From a virus (taxonomy: Duplodnaviria; Heunggongvirae; Uroviricota; Caudoviricetes), in IMG/VR virus record IMGVR_UViG_3300002542_000292: a stretch of 64,000 bases of DNA; one strand, given 5' to 3'. Shown piece by piece: positions 16,998-26,114 of the stretch. Position numbers and translations under genes: made by a program. Below the pieces are notes generated by a model. That model did no database searches and was not told the DNA's origin. It saw nothing but the letters and a program-made list of their open reading frames with translations. The stretch's first letter is position 1. Each line of letters starts with the position of its first letter.

Positions 16998-17264
16998 GTG
17001 AGTCACTTCATCGACCAACAAGAACAACAGACCAAGCAAGCGACGCCGGTCATGTCCGTGGGCAGTTGGCTGGTCGTCTTTTTGGTGACGGCCATCCCAT
17101 TCGTCAATCTGATCATGCTGATTATTTGGGCTTTCGACAAGGAAAATCCGAACCGTGCGAACTACGCAAAGGCAACGCTCATCTTCATCGTCATTGCTTC
17201 CATTTTCGCATTTTTCTTGGGAATGTCCTTCATTTCGCTCCTCATGTCGGCGTACAGCGCATAG
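16998..17264 (+). CDS. Small membrane protein (88 aa, 2 TM), GTG start
   Basis: AGGAGGG RBS; hydrophobic segments. Confidence 0.55.
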   Translation: MSHFIDQQEQQTKQATPVMSVGSWLVVFLVTAIPFVNLIMLIIWAFDKENPNRANYAKATLIFIVIASIFAFFLGMSFISLLMSAYSA

Positions 17265-17283
17265 CATGTAGGAAATACTATTT

Positions 17284-17317
17284 GGACCACATGCCAAAAT
17301 GGTATGTGGTCTTTTTT
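17284..17317 (+). terminator. Hairpin GGACCACAT...ATGTGGTC followed by TTTTTT
   Basis: 8-bp stem plus 6-T run directly after the 16998 gene. Confidence 0.6.
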
Positions 17318-17467
17318 ATTGTGACATTTTGTTTTCACAAATTACGCATTTTATGAAACACATCAAACCGTTTGTGTGTCCATATTCATGAATTTTCTGT
17401 GCAATCTATATCTTTTTCCTTTTGTGCGTTGCAGCATGATCACGTCTACCAATATATAAATAATTTT

Positions 17468-17503
17468 AAAGACTGCAAGCGTTTTGCACTTGCAGTCTTT
17501 CTT
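17468..17503. terminator. Hairpin AAAGACTGCAAG-(9 nt)-CTTGCAGTCTTT
   Basis: 12-bp stem immediately 3' of the minus-strand gene 17508-18062. Confidence 0.6.
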
Positions 17504-17507
17504 TACT

Positions 17508-18062
17508 TCATACGCCTTCCCTGTCTTTGATCGACCCAAGATCCATCCGCAACATGTTGTAGATCATCTGTGGCGCATACCGGTCGAAACCGTATTTGTA
17601 GCAGATTGCCAAGATGAGTGCTTCGTCGAAGTTCGTGCAACTTTCATGCAGTGCTTTGCCAAATACCACCGGATAGTACAAAATTTCATTGTTGCCGCCG
17701 ACACGGGACTCCGCTTCAATGATTGCAATGTCGTCGCTGACGATCGTGCAATTGATCACTCGGCGGTAGTCCTTTTCGACGAGTTTTTCGATTTCGGATT
17801 CCTTCTGCCGTCGGATTTGGTATTCCCTCGCCATGTTGTAGATTTGGGCCCGTTGAAACCGCCAATTTTCTTTCTTCGGTAGTTCTTCATCGAAAAACTT
17901 GTCGATTTCGGTAACGGATTTCAGATCTTTCAGCATATGTACACGCTCCTCGTTCTCACTTTTCATTTTGTTCATAGTCCTCGCTAAAAAGTATACCACA
18001 CATTTGTGCCCCTTGTCAACCGACTTGCTTGATATCAAATATTGACGGTGGTATACGTCCAT
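17508..18062 (-). CDS. Hypothetical protein (184 aa)
   Basis: ORF with a downstream terminator; no motifs. Confidence 0.45.
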   Translation of the reverse strand: MDVYHRQYLISSKSVDKGHKCVVYFLARTMNKMKSENEERVHMLKDLKSVTEIDKFFDEELPKKENWRFQRAQIYNMAREYQIRRQKESEIEKLVEKDYRRVINCTIVSDDIAIIEAESRVGGNNEILYYPVVFGKALHESCTNFDEALILAICYKYGFDRYAPQMIYNMLRMDLGSIKDREGV

Positions 18063-18104
18063 GGTACAATTACACTAGAAGAATGTGTAAGGAGTGTCGT
18101 GCGT

Positions 18105-18767
18105 ATGGATGTGGGTATGCGTGTGTATCATGCTGTACGGAATGGGGATATTTTGCAAATCGAACTGTTGATCAGAGAGTATGGCATCAGTAACAAACAG
18201 CACTATTTTTCGGTCATCGAAATGGTTGCAAAAGACATGCCAGACTATATTGATTTTCTTCTCGAAACAAGAGCAGCAATGTTTCGAAAGGAAGACAAGA
18301 TAGACGCATTGGTTGCAGCTGTTGACTACAACCGCTTAGGACTTCTGCAAAAAATACTGGATGTCTTCCCCGACATCGATCTCAATGCGCACATCAAAGG
18401 AAAGTCTACGGCATTGGCCAGGGCGATACAGAATAATGCCGTAGATGTTACAAAATTCCTTTTGGAGAGAGACGACATCGATGTTGACCGTCGCTACTAT
18501 CGGTATCGGACGTCCCTCATGTTGGCGTTGGAAAGGGGAAGACCAGACATTGCAGAAATAATCGTCGAACGTACCAAGAACGTAAACGCCGCAGACGAAA
18601 ATTGGAACACAGCACTGCATATCGCTTGTAAGAAAGTCTTGTTGCCGATGGCCGAAAAACTGCTTCAAAAGGGGGCCGAAATCCGGCGCAACGGAAGAGG
18701 AAAATTCCCTATCGATCTCGTTCCGAAAAAATTTAAGGCTGAATTTGCACCACTGTTTTCCAAATGA
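18105..18767 (+). CDS. Ankyrin-repeat protein (second copy)
   Basis: ATG 10 nt after GTGTAAGGAGTG; multiple ANK repeats (GKSTALARAIQNNAVDVTKFLL, WNTALHIACKKVLLPMAEKLLQKGAEI). Confidence 0.7.
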   Translation: MDVGMRVYHAVRNGDILQIELLIREYGISNKQHYFSVIEMVAKDMPDYIDFLLETRAAMFRKEDKIDALVAAVDYNRLGLLQKILDVFPDIDLNAHIKGKSTALARAIQNNAVDVTKFLLERDDIDVDRRYYRYRTSLMLALERGRPDIAEIIVERTKNVNAADENWNTALHIACKKVLLPMAEKLLQKGAEIRRNGRGKFPIDLVPKKFKAEFAPLFSK

Positions 18768-18800
18768 GGAGATGCGATTCGCATCTCCTCATTTCATTTT
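18767..18800 (+). terminator. Hairpin GAGGAGATGCG-ATT-CGCATCTCCTC followed by a T-rich tract
   Basis: 11-bp perfect stem. Confidence 0.7.
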
Positions 18801-18802
18801 TA

Positions 18803-18832
18803 TTGACAAAGGCGTTTATTTGATGGTATCAT
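18803..18832 (+). promoter_or_regulatory. Promoter TTGACA-N18-TGGTATCAT (extended -10)
   Basis: Read directly upstream of 18852. Confidence 0.5.
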
Positions 18833-18851
18833 GGAAACGTGAAAAAACGGG

Positions 18852-19883
18852 GTGAAAGTATTGGATGCACAAGATATCTTGTCGATGAAAAGTCCGGGCG
18901 ATTTGTTCAGTCCGGATGTCGCCACGATGAAAACGGAGTACAAGAGGTTGGCAAAAATTTGGCATCCTGACGTACATGACGATCCCGACCTTGCATCCCG
19001 CGTGATGAGCAAGATCAACGAACTCTACGGCGAAGGGATGAGGCTCCTCCAAGAAGGAAGGTGGACAAAGTCCAATTTTGTGCAGTTCCGTTCTTTGGAC
19101 GGCAAGCTGCACAACATTAGCTATCTGGCGGAAATCCCCTTCGAACTCGGCAAATGTTACATATGCAACAGCCTAATCGTGTATGTCGTGAAGTCAGAAC
19201 ACAGGCAGTTCTTCGACAACTGTGCAACACGTGTTGAAAATCTCAAATTCGCCGATCGGAACATGGAATCTGAATTCAGACGGTTCCTGCCGAAGTTTGT
19301 TGGCAAATTTGAGACTTCCGAAGAACTTGCCGTGGTCATGGCAAAGCCGTCCGACTTCTTGTCGCTCAGACACGTGTTGGAGCATTTCGGAGGAAAACTG
19401 CCGGACCGTCACGTGGCGTGGATTCTGAGTTCGCTGTACAACCTTGCGTGCTTTCTGCAGTTCAACGGTATCGTGCACAACGGCATAACGATCGACAGCT
19501 ACTTCATTTCGCCCGCACAACACAACGGCATGCTTCTTGGCGGTTGGTGGTACAGTACGCCTGTGGGCGAAAGGATGTTGGGCATTCCCAAGGACGTGTT
19601 CGACATCCTCACGTTCCGAACCAAATCTGACAAGACGTCCGTCCATGCTACAGATCTCAATTGCATAAGACAGCTTGGAAGGCAACTTCTCGGAGATATT
19701 TCCGGTCGGACTCTGAAAAATAGGACGGACATTCCCCGGCCGATTCTTGATTGGGTGCTCGGCGCATCCACGAATGAACCGATGGAAGAATACGTCGCTT
19801 GGGAAAAAACGCTCGATGCAGGATACGGCAAACGGAAATTCGTCCACATGAACGTGTCCGCTGCCGATCTGTATAAAAAATGA
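18852..19883 (+). CDS. J-domain (DnaJ-like, HPD motif) protein with an uncharacterised ~250-aa C-terminal domain
   Basis: EYKRLAKIWHPDVHDD matches the J-domain helix II-HPD signature; the C-terminal part has no recognised motif; its stop overlaps the next start (ATGA). Confidence 0.6.
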   Translation: MKVLDAQDILSMKSPGDLFSPDVATMKTEYKRLAKIWHPDVHDDPDLASRVMSKINELYGEGMRLLQEGRWTKSNFVQFRSLDGKLHNISYLAEIPFELGKCYICNSLIVYVVKSEHRQFFDNCATRVENLKFADRNMESEFRRFLPKFVGKFETSEELAVVMAKPSDFLSLRHVLEHFGGKLPDRHVAWILSSLYNLACFLQFNGIVHNGITIDSYFISPAQHNGMLLGGWWYSTPVGERMLGIPKDVFDILTFRTKSDKTSVHATDLNCIRQLGRQLLGDISGRTLKNRTDIPRPILDWVLGASTNEPMEEYVAWEKTLDAGYGKRKFVHMNVSAADLYKK

Positions 19884-20827
19884 AATTTTATGAAAGTGAG
19901 GAAACGATTATGGGAAGCGGAAGATGGGACCCCCGACAGTGGGCAAGGTACAGTCAGGCTCACATCCACAACAAGAGTGCCACGAAAGGAATAGGTGGTA
20001 TTTACACGTCAACGTCGCTCAAGGATTTGCTGAATCCGTACAAGGCCATCCGCGAATCCTGCGACTCGGCGGACAATCCGAATTCTACGCCGATTATCAT
20101 CGGCCTTGACGTTACTGGGTCGATGACTCGCGTACTCGATGCCATGGCACGGCAGGGTCTGCCGACGTTGGCAGAAGAAATCTACAACCGCAAGCCCGTG
20201 TCCGACCCGCACATCATGTTCATGGGAATCGGCGATGCTTTCTGCGACCGCGCGCCGCTCCAAATCACCCAATTCGAAGCGGACATCCGCATTGCGGAGC
20301 AACTGACGGATCTCTGGCTCGAAGAAGGCGGTGGCGGCAACGGTTCGGAAGGATACGCTCTGGCGTGGTATTTCGCCGCCTACCATACGAAGTGCGATGC
20401 CATCAACAAACGTGGCAAAAAGGGCTATCTCTTCACCGTGGGAGACGACGGCCCGACGCCGTTCATCACCAAGGAACAGATCAAACATATCTTCGGTGAC
20501 GACGTCTCGGAGGACATTGATGCCAAGGTGCTTCTGCAGGTGGTATCCCGCGATTGGGAAGTGTTCCATCTGACCGTGGAAGAAGGACATACGGCAAGCG
20601 AAGCCGTCAAAAACAGGTGGAAACAGCTTCTCGGCGAACGTGCCGTCACTCTTGCCGACCATACGAAGATGGGAGAAGTCATCGTTTCTCTCCTGCAGGT
20701 ATTGGCCGGAGTGGACAAGGACACGGTGGCGAACAGTTGGGACGGTTCCACGGCAATTGTCGTACGGCAAGCGATCTCCGACCTGACCACACCGAACGGC
20801 GGTTCTGGCGGCCTTGTCAAATTCTGA
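19880..20827 (+). CDS. von Willebrand factor A (vWA) domain protein
   Basis: MIDAS-like IIGLDVTGSMT (DxTGS); translationally coupled to the J-domain gene. Confidence 0.55.
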   Translation: MKFYESEETIMGSGRWDPRQWARYSQAHIHNKSATKGIGGIYTSTSLKDLLNPYKAIRESCDSADNPNSTPIIIGLDVTGSMTRVLDAMARQGLPTLAEEIYNRKPVSDPHIMFMGIGDAFCDRAPLQITQFEADIRIAEQLTDLWLEEGGGGNGSEGYALAWYFAAYHTKCDAINKRGKKGYLFTVGDDGPTPFITKEQIKHIFGDDVSEDIDAKVLLQVVSRDWEVFHLTVEEGHTASEAVKNRWKQLLGERAVTLADHTKMGEVIVSLLQVLAGVDKDTVANSWDGSTAIVVRQAISDLTTPNGGSGGLVKF

Positions 20828-20982
20828 TTCTCGAAGGCAGCAAAGGGAGATGTCCATCGGGACATCCCCTATTTTATGTACGCAATTTCAAGCAATCTCT
20901 CCCATCCGCCAAATACGTAGTATTAGTCACTTTCCCTTGTCCGAAAGACTTCTCTTGACGGTTCCAACAATCGGGTGGTATA

Positions 20983-22248
20983 ATGGACTATATGGGAGGG
21001 ATTCTTGTGAAAAAACAAATCAAAGTCGTTATAGGTGCCAATTTCGGTGATGAAGGCAAAGGTCTCACCACCGAATATTTTGCAGTCAGGCATCCGAACA
21101 CATTGGTGGTCCGGTTCAACGGTGGTGCTCAGGCTGCCCACACTGTAGTTCTACCGGATTCCCGAGAACACGTATTTTCTCACTTCGGAAGTGGCACCTT
21201 GGACGGAATTCCCACATATCTGAGCCAATTCTTCCTGATCAACCCCATCCTGTACGTGGAGGAAAGGGAGAAGTTGGAACAGAAGATGAAAGATCAAAGA
21301 ACTCTCCCTGTATTATATGTGCATAGAAACGCCTTCGTTTCCACTCCGTACGACATGATGATCAACCAAATTGCGGAACTGAACCGTGGGGAAGATCGTC
21401 ATGGCAGTTGCGGATACGGAATCAGTGAAACGGTAGTGCGTTCCGAACATGAGAAATACAGAATTTCCGTTGCGGACTTGTATGACTCTAGGTTGCTTCA
21501 GGAAAAACTCCGAAGCATAAAGGAGGAATATGTGCCACGAAGATTGAACGAACTTGGATGTCGATACATACCTGAAGATTATACCTTTGGTTTGACTTCC
21601 CATGAAGTATTTGACGCTTTTTTTCATGACTGCGACATCTTCAAAAGAACCGTATGCATCACGGACGACAGCATCTTACATGCGTTCGACAGCATCGTGT
21701 TCGAGGGTGCGCAAGGACTTCTTCTCGATCAGAATTTGATCGAATATTCGCCGCACATCACGCATTCGAATACAGGTATCGACAACGTAGTGGAAATAAT
21801 GCAAAACATGGATTTCGACTACGAAATGGAAGTGGTGTACGTCACTCGTTCCTACATGACGCGCCACGGTGCTGGTCCGTTCCCGACGGAGACCACTGAT
21901 AAACCGTATCGGAAGATGTGGGACCTCACCAACGTGCCGAATCCGTGGCAAGGCAGTCTCAGATTTGGCATCCTGGATGTAGATTTTTTGCACAAAAACG
22001 TTATGAAGGACGTTGCCAAAAACACGCTTCCGCATGTACGAAATTCGCTTATGGTGACATGTCTCGACCAAATCGACGACAAGGCCAAATACATCGTGGA
22101 TGGCAAGTTCGTGGAAACTGGCATCGACGAATTCCTTGGACGCCTACGGAACAAATTCGGTGCGGACTGGCACATTTATCAAAGCTGGGGACGCACAAGA
22201 AATACAGTAAAATGCCAAGACCTTGTTGCATTGGGGGAGAAAGTATGA
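20983..22248 (+). CDS. Adenylosuccinate synthetase family protein (divergent PurA/PurZ-like)
   Basis: N-terminal P-loop GANFGDEGKG and FNGGAQAAHT align with the PurA GxQWGDEGKGK and GGHNAGHT motifs (Asp13 and His41 equivalents kept; N38 to Q, H37 to A). Confidence 0.7.
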   Translation: MDYMGGILVKKQIKVVIGANFGDEGKGLTTEYFAVRHPNTLVVRFNGGAQAAHTVVLPDSREHVFSHFGSGTLDGIPTYLSQFFLINPILYVEEREKLEQKMKDQRTLPVLYVHRNAFVSTPYDMMINQIAELNRGEDRHGSCGYGISETVVRSEHEKYRISVADLYDSRLLQEKLRSIKEEYVPRRLNELGCRYIPEDYTFGLTSHEVFDAFFHDCDIFKRTVCITDDSILHAFDSIVFEGAQGLLLDQNLIEYSPHITHSNTGIDNVVEIMQNMDFDYEMEVVYVTRSYMTRHGAGPFPTETTDKPYRKMWDLTNVPNPWQGSLRFGILDVDFLHKNVMKDVAKNTLPHVRNSLMVTCLDQIDDKAKYIVDGKFVETGIDEFLGRLRNKFGADWHIYQSWGRTRNTVKCQDLVALGEKV

Positions 22249-22865
22249 AAACGAAACAATTCTTCCTTGTTGCATTTGTCGTGCTAGCATTGACGTCGCT
22301 GGCGGGGTGCAATTTTCTGAGCAACACGTTCAAAGACTGGGAGAGTATATTCGCAGGACTCGAGGCTGTATACATGTCCTACGACGAAGACAGCAACATT
22401 ATCGACCGAATTGAGGCCAAGTCCATACATATCGGCGCAGAGGACAAGTTTGCACAACGCGATTCCGAAGGGAACATTGTCAAGAATTCCGGCGTGCTGA
22501 ACTTGACCATCGGCGGCAAGACCATGGTTCATGTGGGCAGCAGTGCAATCATCCACGAAAAAGGACTTGTGAATGTATTCGAAGAATATGCAAAAACCGT
22601 AGATGTGACCAATATGGATAGGGCTGTACCGTTCGTGAACGACATGGTCAACAAATTCAAGAATTGGACCACGGGGCAGGAATATGTCATTCTCATTCGT
22701 TCGCAGACGGGTAAACCCTTGGCTACATTTGTAGGAACTGACGTGTCATATTTCTCCACTCCGATCGACAAGTCTACGGGTATTCTCATTGACGGTATGC
22801 GTCTGTTCATCTACCGATGCGACTATTCAATCATTCCGTTGGAATTTCTTCAACAATATGATTGA
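22245..22865 (+). CDS. Lipoprotein (MKTKQFFLVAFVVLALTSLAGC)
   Basis: GGGGGAGA RBS, ATG overlapping the purA-like stop (ATGA), LAGC lipobox. Confidence 0.6.
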   Translation: MKTKQFFLVAFVVLALTSLAGCNFLSNTFKDWESIFAGLEAVYMSYDEDSNIIDRIEAKSIHIGAEDKFAQRDSEGNIVKNSGVLNLTIGGKTMVHVGSSAIIHEKGLVNVFEEYAKTVDVTNMDRAVPFVNDMVNKFKNWTTGQEYVILIRSQTGKPLATFVGTDVSYFSTPIDKSTGILIDGMRLFIYRCDYSIIPLEFLQQYD

Positions 22866-22923
22866 CTTTATTTCATATGCAATGATTTGATCGTTGTGTA
22901 TCAACATACAAGAGGGTTATGAT

Positions 22924-23553
22924 TTGAAGAAACGAATTCTGTTGCTGTTGACGGTCGTTCTCTGTTTGTTCTTGTCCAGATGCGTCAAGATGGAGAATGC
23001 GGTGAGTCTCAACAAGGACGGTTCGGGCGAACTCGCCCTCACGGTGGCCGTCATGAAAGATGCAGAAGCGGAAATGGACATGAACCTCAACGAAACCGTC
23101 GAAAAATTCAAGGACGGCTACAAAGTGGAGCAGTACGATGACGGAGAATACGTGGACTACATCATCCGCAAGGAATTTGAATCTGCCGACGGATACAATC
23201 TGATCATTGTAGACTTCTCCCAGGAAGACAACTGCTTCCTCAAAGACGTGAAAATGGAGGACAAGGGCAATAAAATCGTTATCCATGGAACCGTGGCCCC
23301 AATGGAAGAAACTGATGAAAATGCCGATTCGGAAACTTCGGCCATGGAAAACATGATGATACAGATGATGTTCAGCGCTATCAACATTTCGTTCAGCGTC
23401 AAACCCGAGGGGAAGGTTCTGAGCCACAATGCGACTTCCCTGCAAGACGGGACCTACGTGTGGAAATTGATCCCACCAAATCCATGGAAATCAACTTCGA
23501 AATGGAGAAGTCTGGTGGATCGGCAGATTCCAATGCATTCTTCATTGGGGTAA
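22924..23553 (+). CDS. Secreted or lipoprotein-like acidic protein; possible frameshift to a C-terminal TM anchor (see findings)
   Basis: TTG start after GAGGG; signal-like LKKRILLLLTVVLCLFLSRC; a +1 frame starting near 23484 encodes ...FFIGVIIVILLLIIVSALMIIILKKKK. Confidence 0.4.
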   Translation: MKKRILLLLTVVLCLFLSRCVKMENAVSLNKDGSGELALTVAVMKDAEAEMDMNLNETVEKFKDGYKVEQYDDGEYVDYIIRKEFESADGYNLIIVDFSQEDNCFLKDVKMEDKGNKIVIHGTVAPMEETDENADSETSAMENMMIQMMFSAINISFSVKPEGKVLSHNATSLQDGTYVWKLIPPNPWKSTSKWRSLVDRQIPMHSSLG

Positions 23554-23685
23554 TTATCGTTATCTTGCTTCTGATTATAGTTTCTGCACTCATGATCATC
23601 ATCCTCAAAAAGAAAAAATAATATGCTATCTGTGGCGAAGCTTCGGCTTCGCATTTTCCATATGTACTCGGAAAGGTGGATGTGA

Positions 23686-24027
23686 ATGAGAATAAAGGAA
23701 ATCGTACATATAATAAATTCAAGTGCGGATGAAGACGTTGTTCTGCTCCTCAAAAACGGCACGCTGTCCGAAGAACGTCTCCTTGAATGTACAGAAAAAT
23801 TTCGGGCGAAAGTCAAGCGCATAATAGCAAAATACAAGACTTCCGAATCTATCTACGATGGTCAGTTGTGGGTGGCGAAAGAAGATTGTTGGAACAATTT
23901 CAGGAAGGGTCAGGTTGTTCCAATAAGCCACGTGGATTTGGAAGAGGGGACTGTAGTCATAGATGGGGTGATGAAGACTACGATTGCCAATCTGAAAGAC
24001 AAATTCGTTCCAAAAAATGGTCGATAA
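23686..24027 (+). CDS. Hypothetical protein (113 aa)
   Basis: GGAAAGGTGG RBS; strong terminator immediately downstream. Confidence 0.55.
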   Translation: MRIKEIVHIINSSADEDVVLLLKNGTLSEERLLECTEKFRAKVKRIIAKYKTSESIYDGQLWVAKEDCWNNFRKGQVVPISHVDLEEGTVVIDGVMKTTIANLKDKFVPKNGR

Positions 24028-24064
24028 AACAGAAAGCCGTTCCCTTCGGAACGGCTTTCTGTTT
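24028..24064. terminator. Bidirectional terminator AAACAGAAAGCCGTTCC-CTTC-GGAACGGCTTTCTGTTT
   Basis: 17-bp stem between convergent genes. Confidence 0.8.
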
Positions 24065-24221
24065 GTCACGACTGCAGAATTCTATCAAGTTCTTCGAACA
24101 GTTCGCCAAACAGCGCATTGAAGATCTTCTCCGACAGCTTGGGCAGCAGGTCGGGGAAAACTTCCGTGATGAGGAAAAACGCAATGATGAAAAGCAAAAA
24201 GTAGAAAATATACTTAATCAT
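24063..24221 (-). CDS. Small membrane protein (52 aa), not in the ORF track
   Basis: ATG after GTAAGGGGGTATGTTTC (motif variant); translation MIKYIFYFLLFIIAFFLITEVFPDLLPKL... Confidence 0.35.
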
Positions 24222-24373
24222 GAAACATACCCCCTTACATTAATTACAGACATTACTATGATTACATAACTGTTTATGCCTATTGTATCATATACTGTAT
24301 ATCCTGTCAATACTACAATTGCCAATATGGTCTGCATTTCGTCGGGGACAAGTACGCGGATGCTTTGTAAAAC

Positions 24374-24406
24374 AAAGAACCGTCCTACATATCAGGACGG
24401 TTCTTT
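24374..24406. terminator. Hairpin AAAGAACCGTCCT-(7 nt)-AGGACGGTTCTTT
   Basis: 13-bp stem. Confidence 0.7.
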
Positions 24407-24429
24407 GAAAATTCCATTTCGATGTTGAA

Positions 24430-24675
24430 CTACCAGTCTTCCGACAAACACTTCACTGTTTTGCACCATCTGAAAGTGATGACTTCGGATTTCGGTGGAA
24501 GCATGGGTTCCAAATTGCAGTCGAACTTCACCGAGCACTGTATTCGCCAATCTGCCGGGATACGCAGTTTGGCAATCGTGTCCCGTACGGTGTTCATCAG
24601 GTCCATGGCTTCATCTCGATTCAGATCACCCAACACCAACTTATTGACTTGCAGCGCATCCAACATTGCAAACAT
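24430..24675 (-). CDS. Small hypothetical protein (81 aa)
   Basis: ATG after GTAAGGAATGTTTGCA (motif variant); terminator downstream. Confidence 0.5.
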   Translation of the reverse strand: MFAMLDALQVNKLVLGDLNRDEAMDLMNTVRDTIAKLRIPADWRIQCSVKFDCNLEPMLPPKSEVITFRWCKTVKCLSEDW

Positions 24676-24743
24676 TCCTTACAAATCCCCATATGTATTA
24701 AAACATGGCGGATGATTGAAAACAGTGCTTCCTTGAAAATCAG

Positions 24744-24770
24744 AAGGCGACTGATTCACAGTCGCCTTCT
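24744..24770. terminator. Hairpin GAAGGCGACTG-ATTCA-CAGTCGCCTTC
   Basis: 11-bp perfect stem. Confidence 0.65.
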
Positions 24771-24774
24771 TCCA

Positions 24775-25041
24775 TCACCGATACCCATCTCCGCCGTAAT
24801 TTACGTACAGCACTCTCGGCTGTTCGTCCTCGGCGGCCTTGCATTTGGTGGTCATGGTGCGGTTGAATACTTCGGGGTGGTCCGGATGCCAGTCTTCTTC
24901 ACCTTCCGGCACAAACCCTTGTTCACGGAAAAATTCATCCATGAGTTTCTCCGCTTGTTCTTCATTTTCCGCCACCACGACCGCACTGCCTTCGCCGCAA
25001 AATCCGAGATAGGTATACACGTATACGTACATCGCCAACAC
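24775..25041 (-). CDS. Small acidic hypothetical protein (88 aa)
   Basis: ATG after AGTAAGGAGTGTTGGCG. Confidence 0.5.
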   Translation of the reverse strand: MLAMYVYVYTYLGFCGEGSAVVVAENEEQAEKLMDEFFREQGFVPEGEEDWHPDHPEVFNRTMTTKCKAAEDEQPRVLYVNYGGDGYR

Positions 25042-25150
25042 TCCTTACTACTTACATGTTTCATGCATTCATTGTACCATGCGGACGGCTGTCTGCATAA
25101 TACTTGGAATATGAAAAAGGGAAGGCATAATCTGCCTTCCCCTCATGCCG

Positions 25151-26095
25151 TTATTGATCTTGTTGCTTGCTGTTCTTGGATTGTCGACCGTTCGTGTTGG
25201 GGGTGCCTGCTTTCGCGGCCGCAAACATGGTCCCCACTGCCGCCAATGCATCTGTGGCGCTGTTCGGCACGAAGATTGTATTTGCATTGCCTTCGCCGAG
25301 TTTTTCCAAGGCTTCGAACGATCTATATGCGAGAACGTTCGGGTCGAGTCCGGCTGTTCTCAGCCGCTCGATGCGGTCCTTTTCCGCTTCCGCCACGAGC
25401 CGAATGGCTTCGGCACGACCCTGTGCTTCGAGTTCCTGGGCCATTTTGACGCCTTCCGCTTCTCGGATGCGGGCTTCTTTTTCGCCTTCTGCACGGAGTA
25501 TCGCACTTTGCTTTTCGCCTTCTGCAGCGAGGATGGCAGCACGTCTTTGACGTTCAGCTTGCATCTGCAAGTTCATTGCTTGGCGAATGTCGGCAGGTGG
25601 CGAAATGTCGAGGATTTCCACGCGTTCGATGCGAATGCCCCAACTTGCCGTGGCTTCATCGAGTGCCGCCCGGATGTCCGCAGCGATTTTCTCGCGACCG
25701 TCGAGGGTTTCGTCGAGTTGCATTTTGCCGATGCTTTGACGCATCGCCGAACGGCAAATGTTCGAAATAGCCTGATACATAGATGCCACGCTGTATGTTG
25801 CCTTTTCCGCGTCAGTCACTTGATAAAATACCGTAGAATCGAGGGTGACGACGACGTTATCCTTGGTAATGACGTTCTGCGGATCGATGTCGATTTGAAG
25901 GAGCCGCATGTCCACCTTCGCCTTGACCCTTTCCAGGATGGGCCAGACGATTCGAATACCGGCATCCAGGCATCTGTCATACTTTCCCAATCTCTCGACA
26001 ACGTACATCGTTTGCTGTGGGACAAATTTGACGGCCCGGATGAGGTAGATGGCGGCAAAGATGAGAAAAACCAGAACCACGTAAAACATGAGCAA
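25151..26095 (-). CDS. SPFH/band-7 (stomatin/flotillin-like, FloA/YqfA-type) membrane protein
   Basis: N-terminal TM, then an SPFH core and an Ala/Glu-rich coiled coil (AERQRRAAILAAEGEKQSAILRAEGEKEARIREAEG). Confidence 0.75.
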   Translation of the reverse strand: MLMFYVVLVFLIFAAIYLIRAVKFVPQQTMYVVERLGKYDRCLDAGIRIVWPILERVKAKVDMRLLQIDIDPQNVITKDNVVVTLDSTVFYQVTDAEKATYSVASMYQAISNICRSAMRQSIGKMQLDETLDGREKIAADIRAALDEATASWGIRIERVEILDISPPADIRQAMNLQMQAERQRRAAILAAEGEKQSAILRAEGEKEARIREAEGVKMAQELEAQGRAEAIRLVAEAEKDRIERLRTAGLDPNVLAYRSFEALEKLGEGNANTIFVPNSATDALAAVGTMFAAAKAGTPNTNGRQSKNSKQQDQ

Positions 26096-26114
26096 TACCT
26101 CCTTGTACTATTGA

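Noticed and set aside
20983-22248. Calling the PurA-like gene definitively purZ
   Set aside because: Catalytic core residues are PurA-like and no DatZ/MazZ/DpoZ neighbours were found in the window; left as a PurA-family enzyme with a testable PurZ hypothesis
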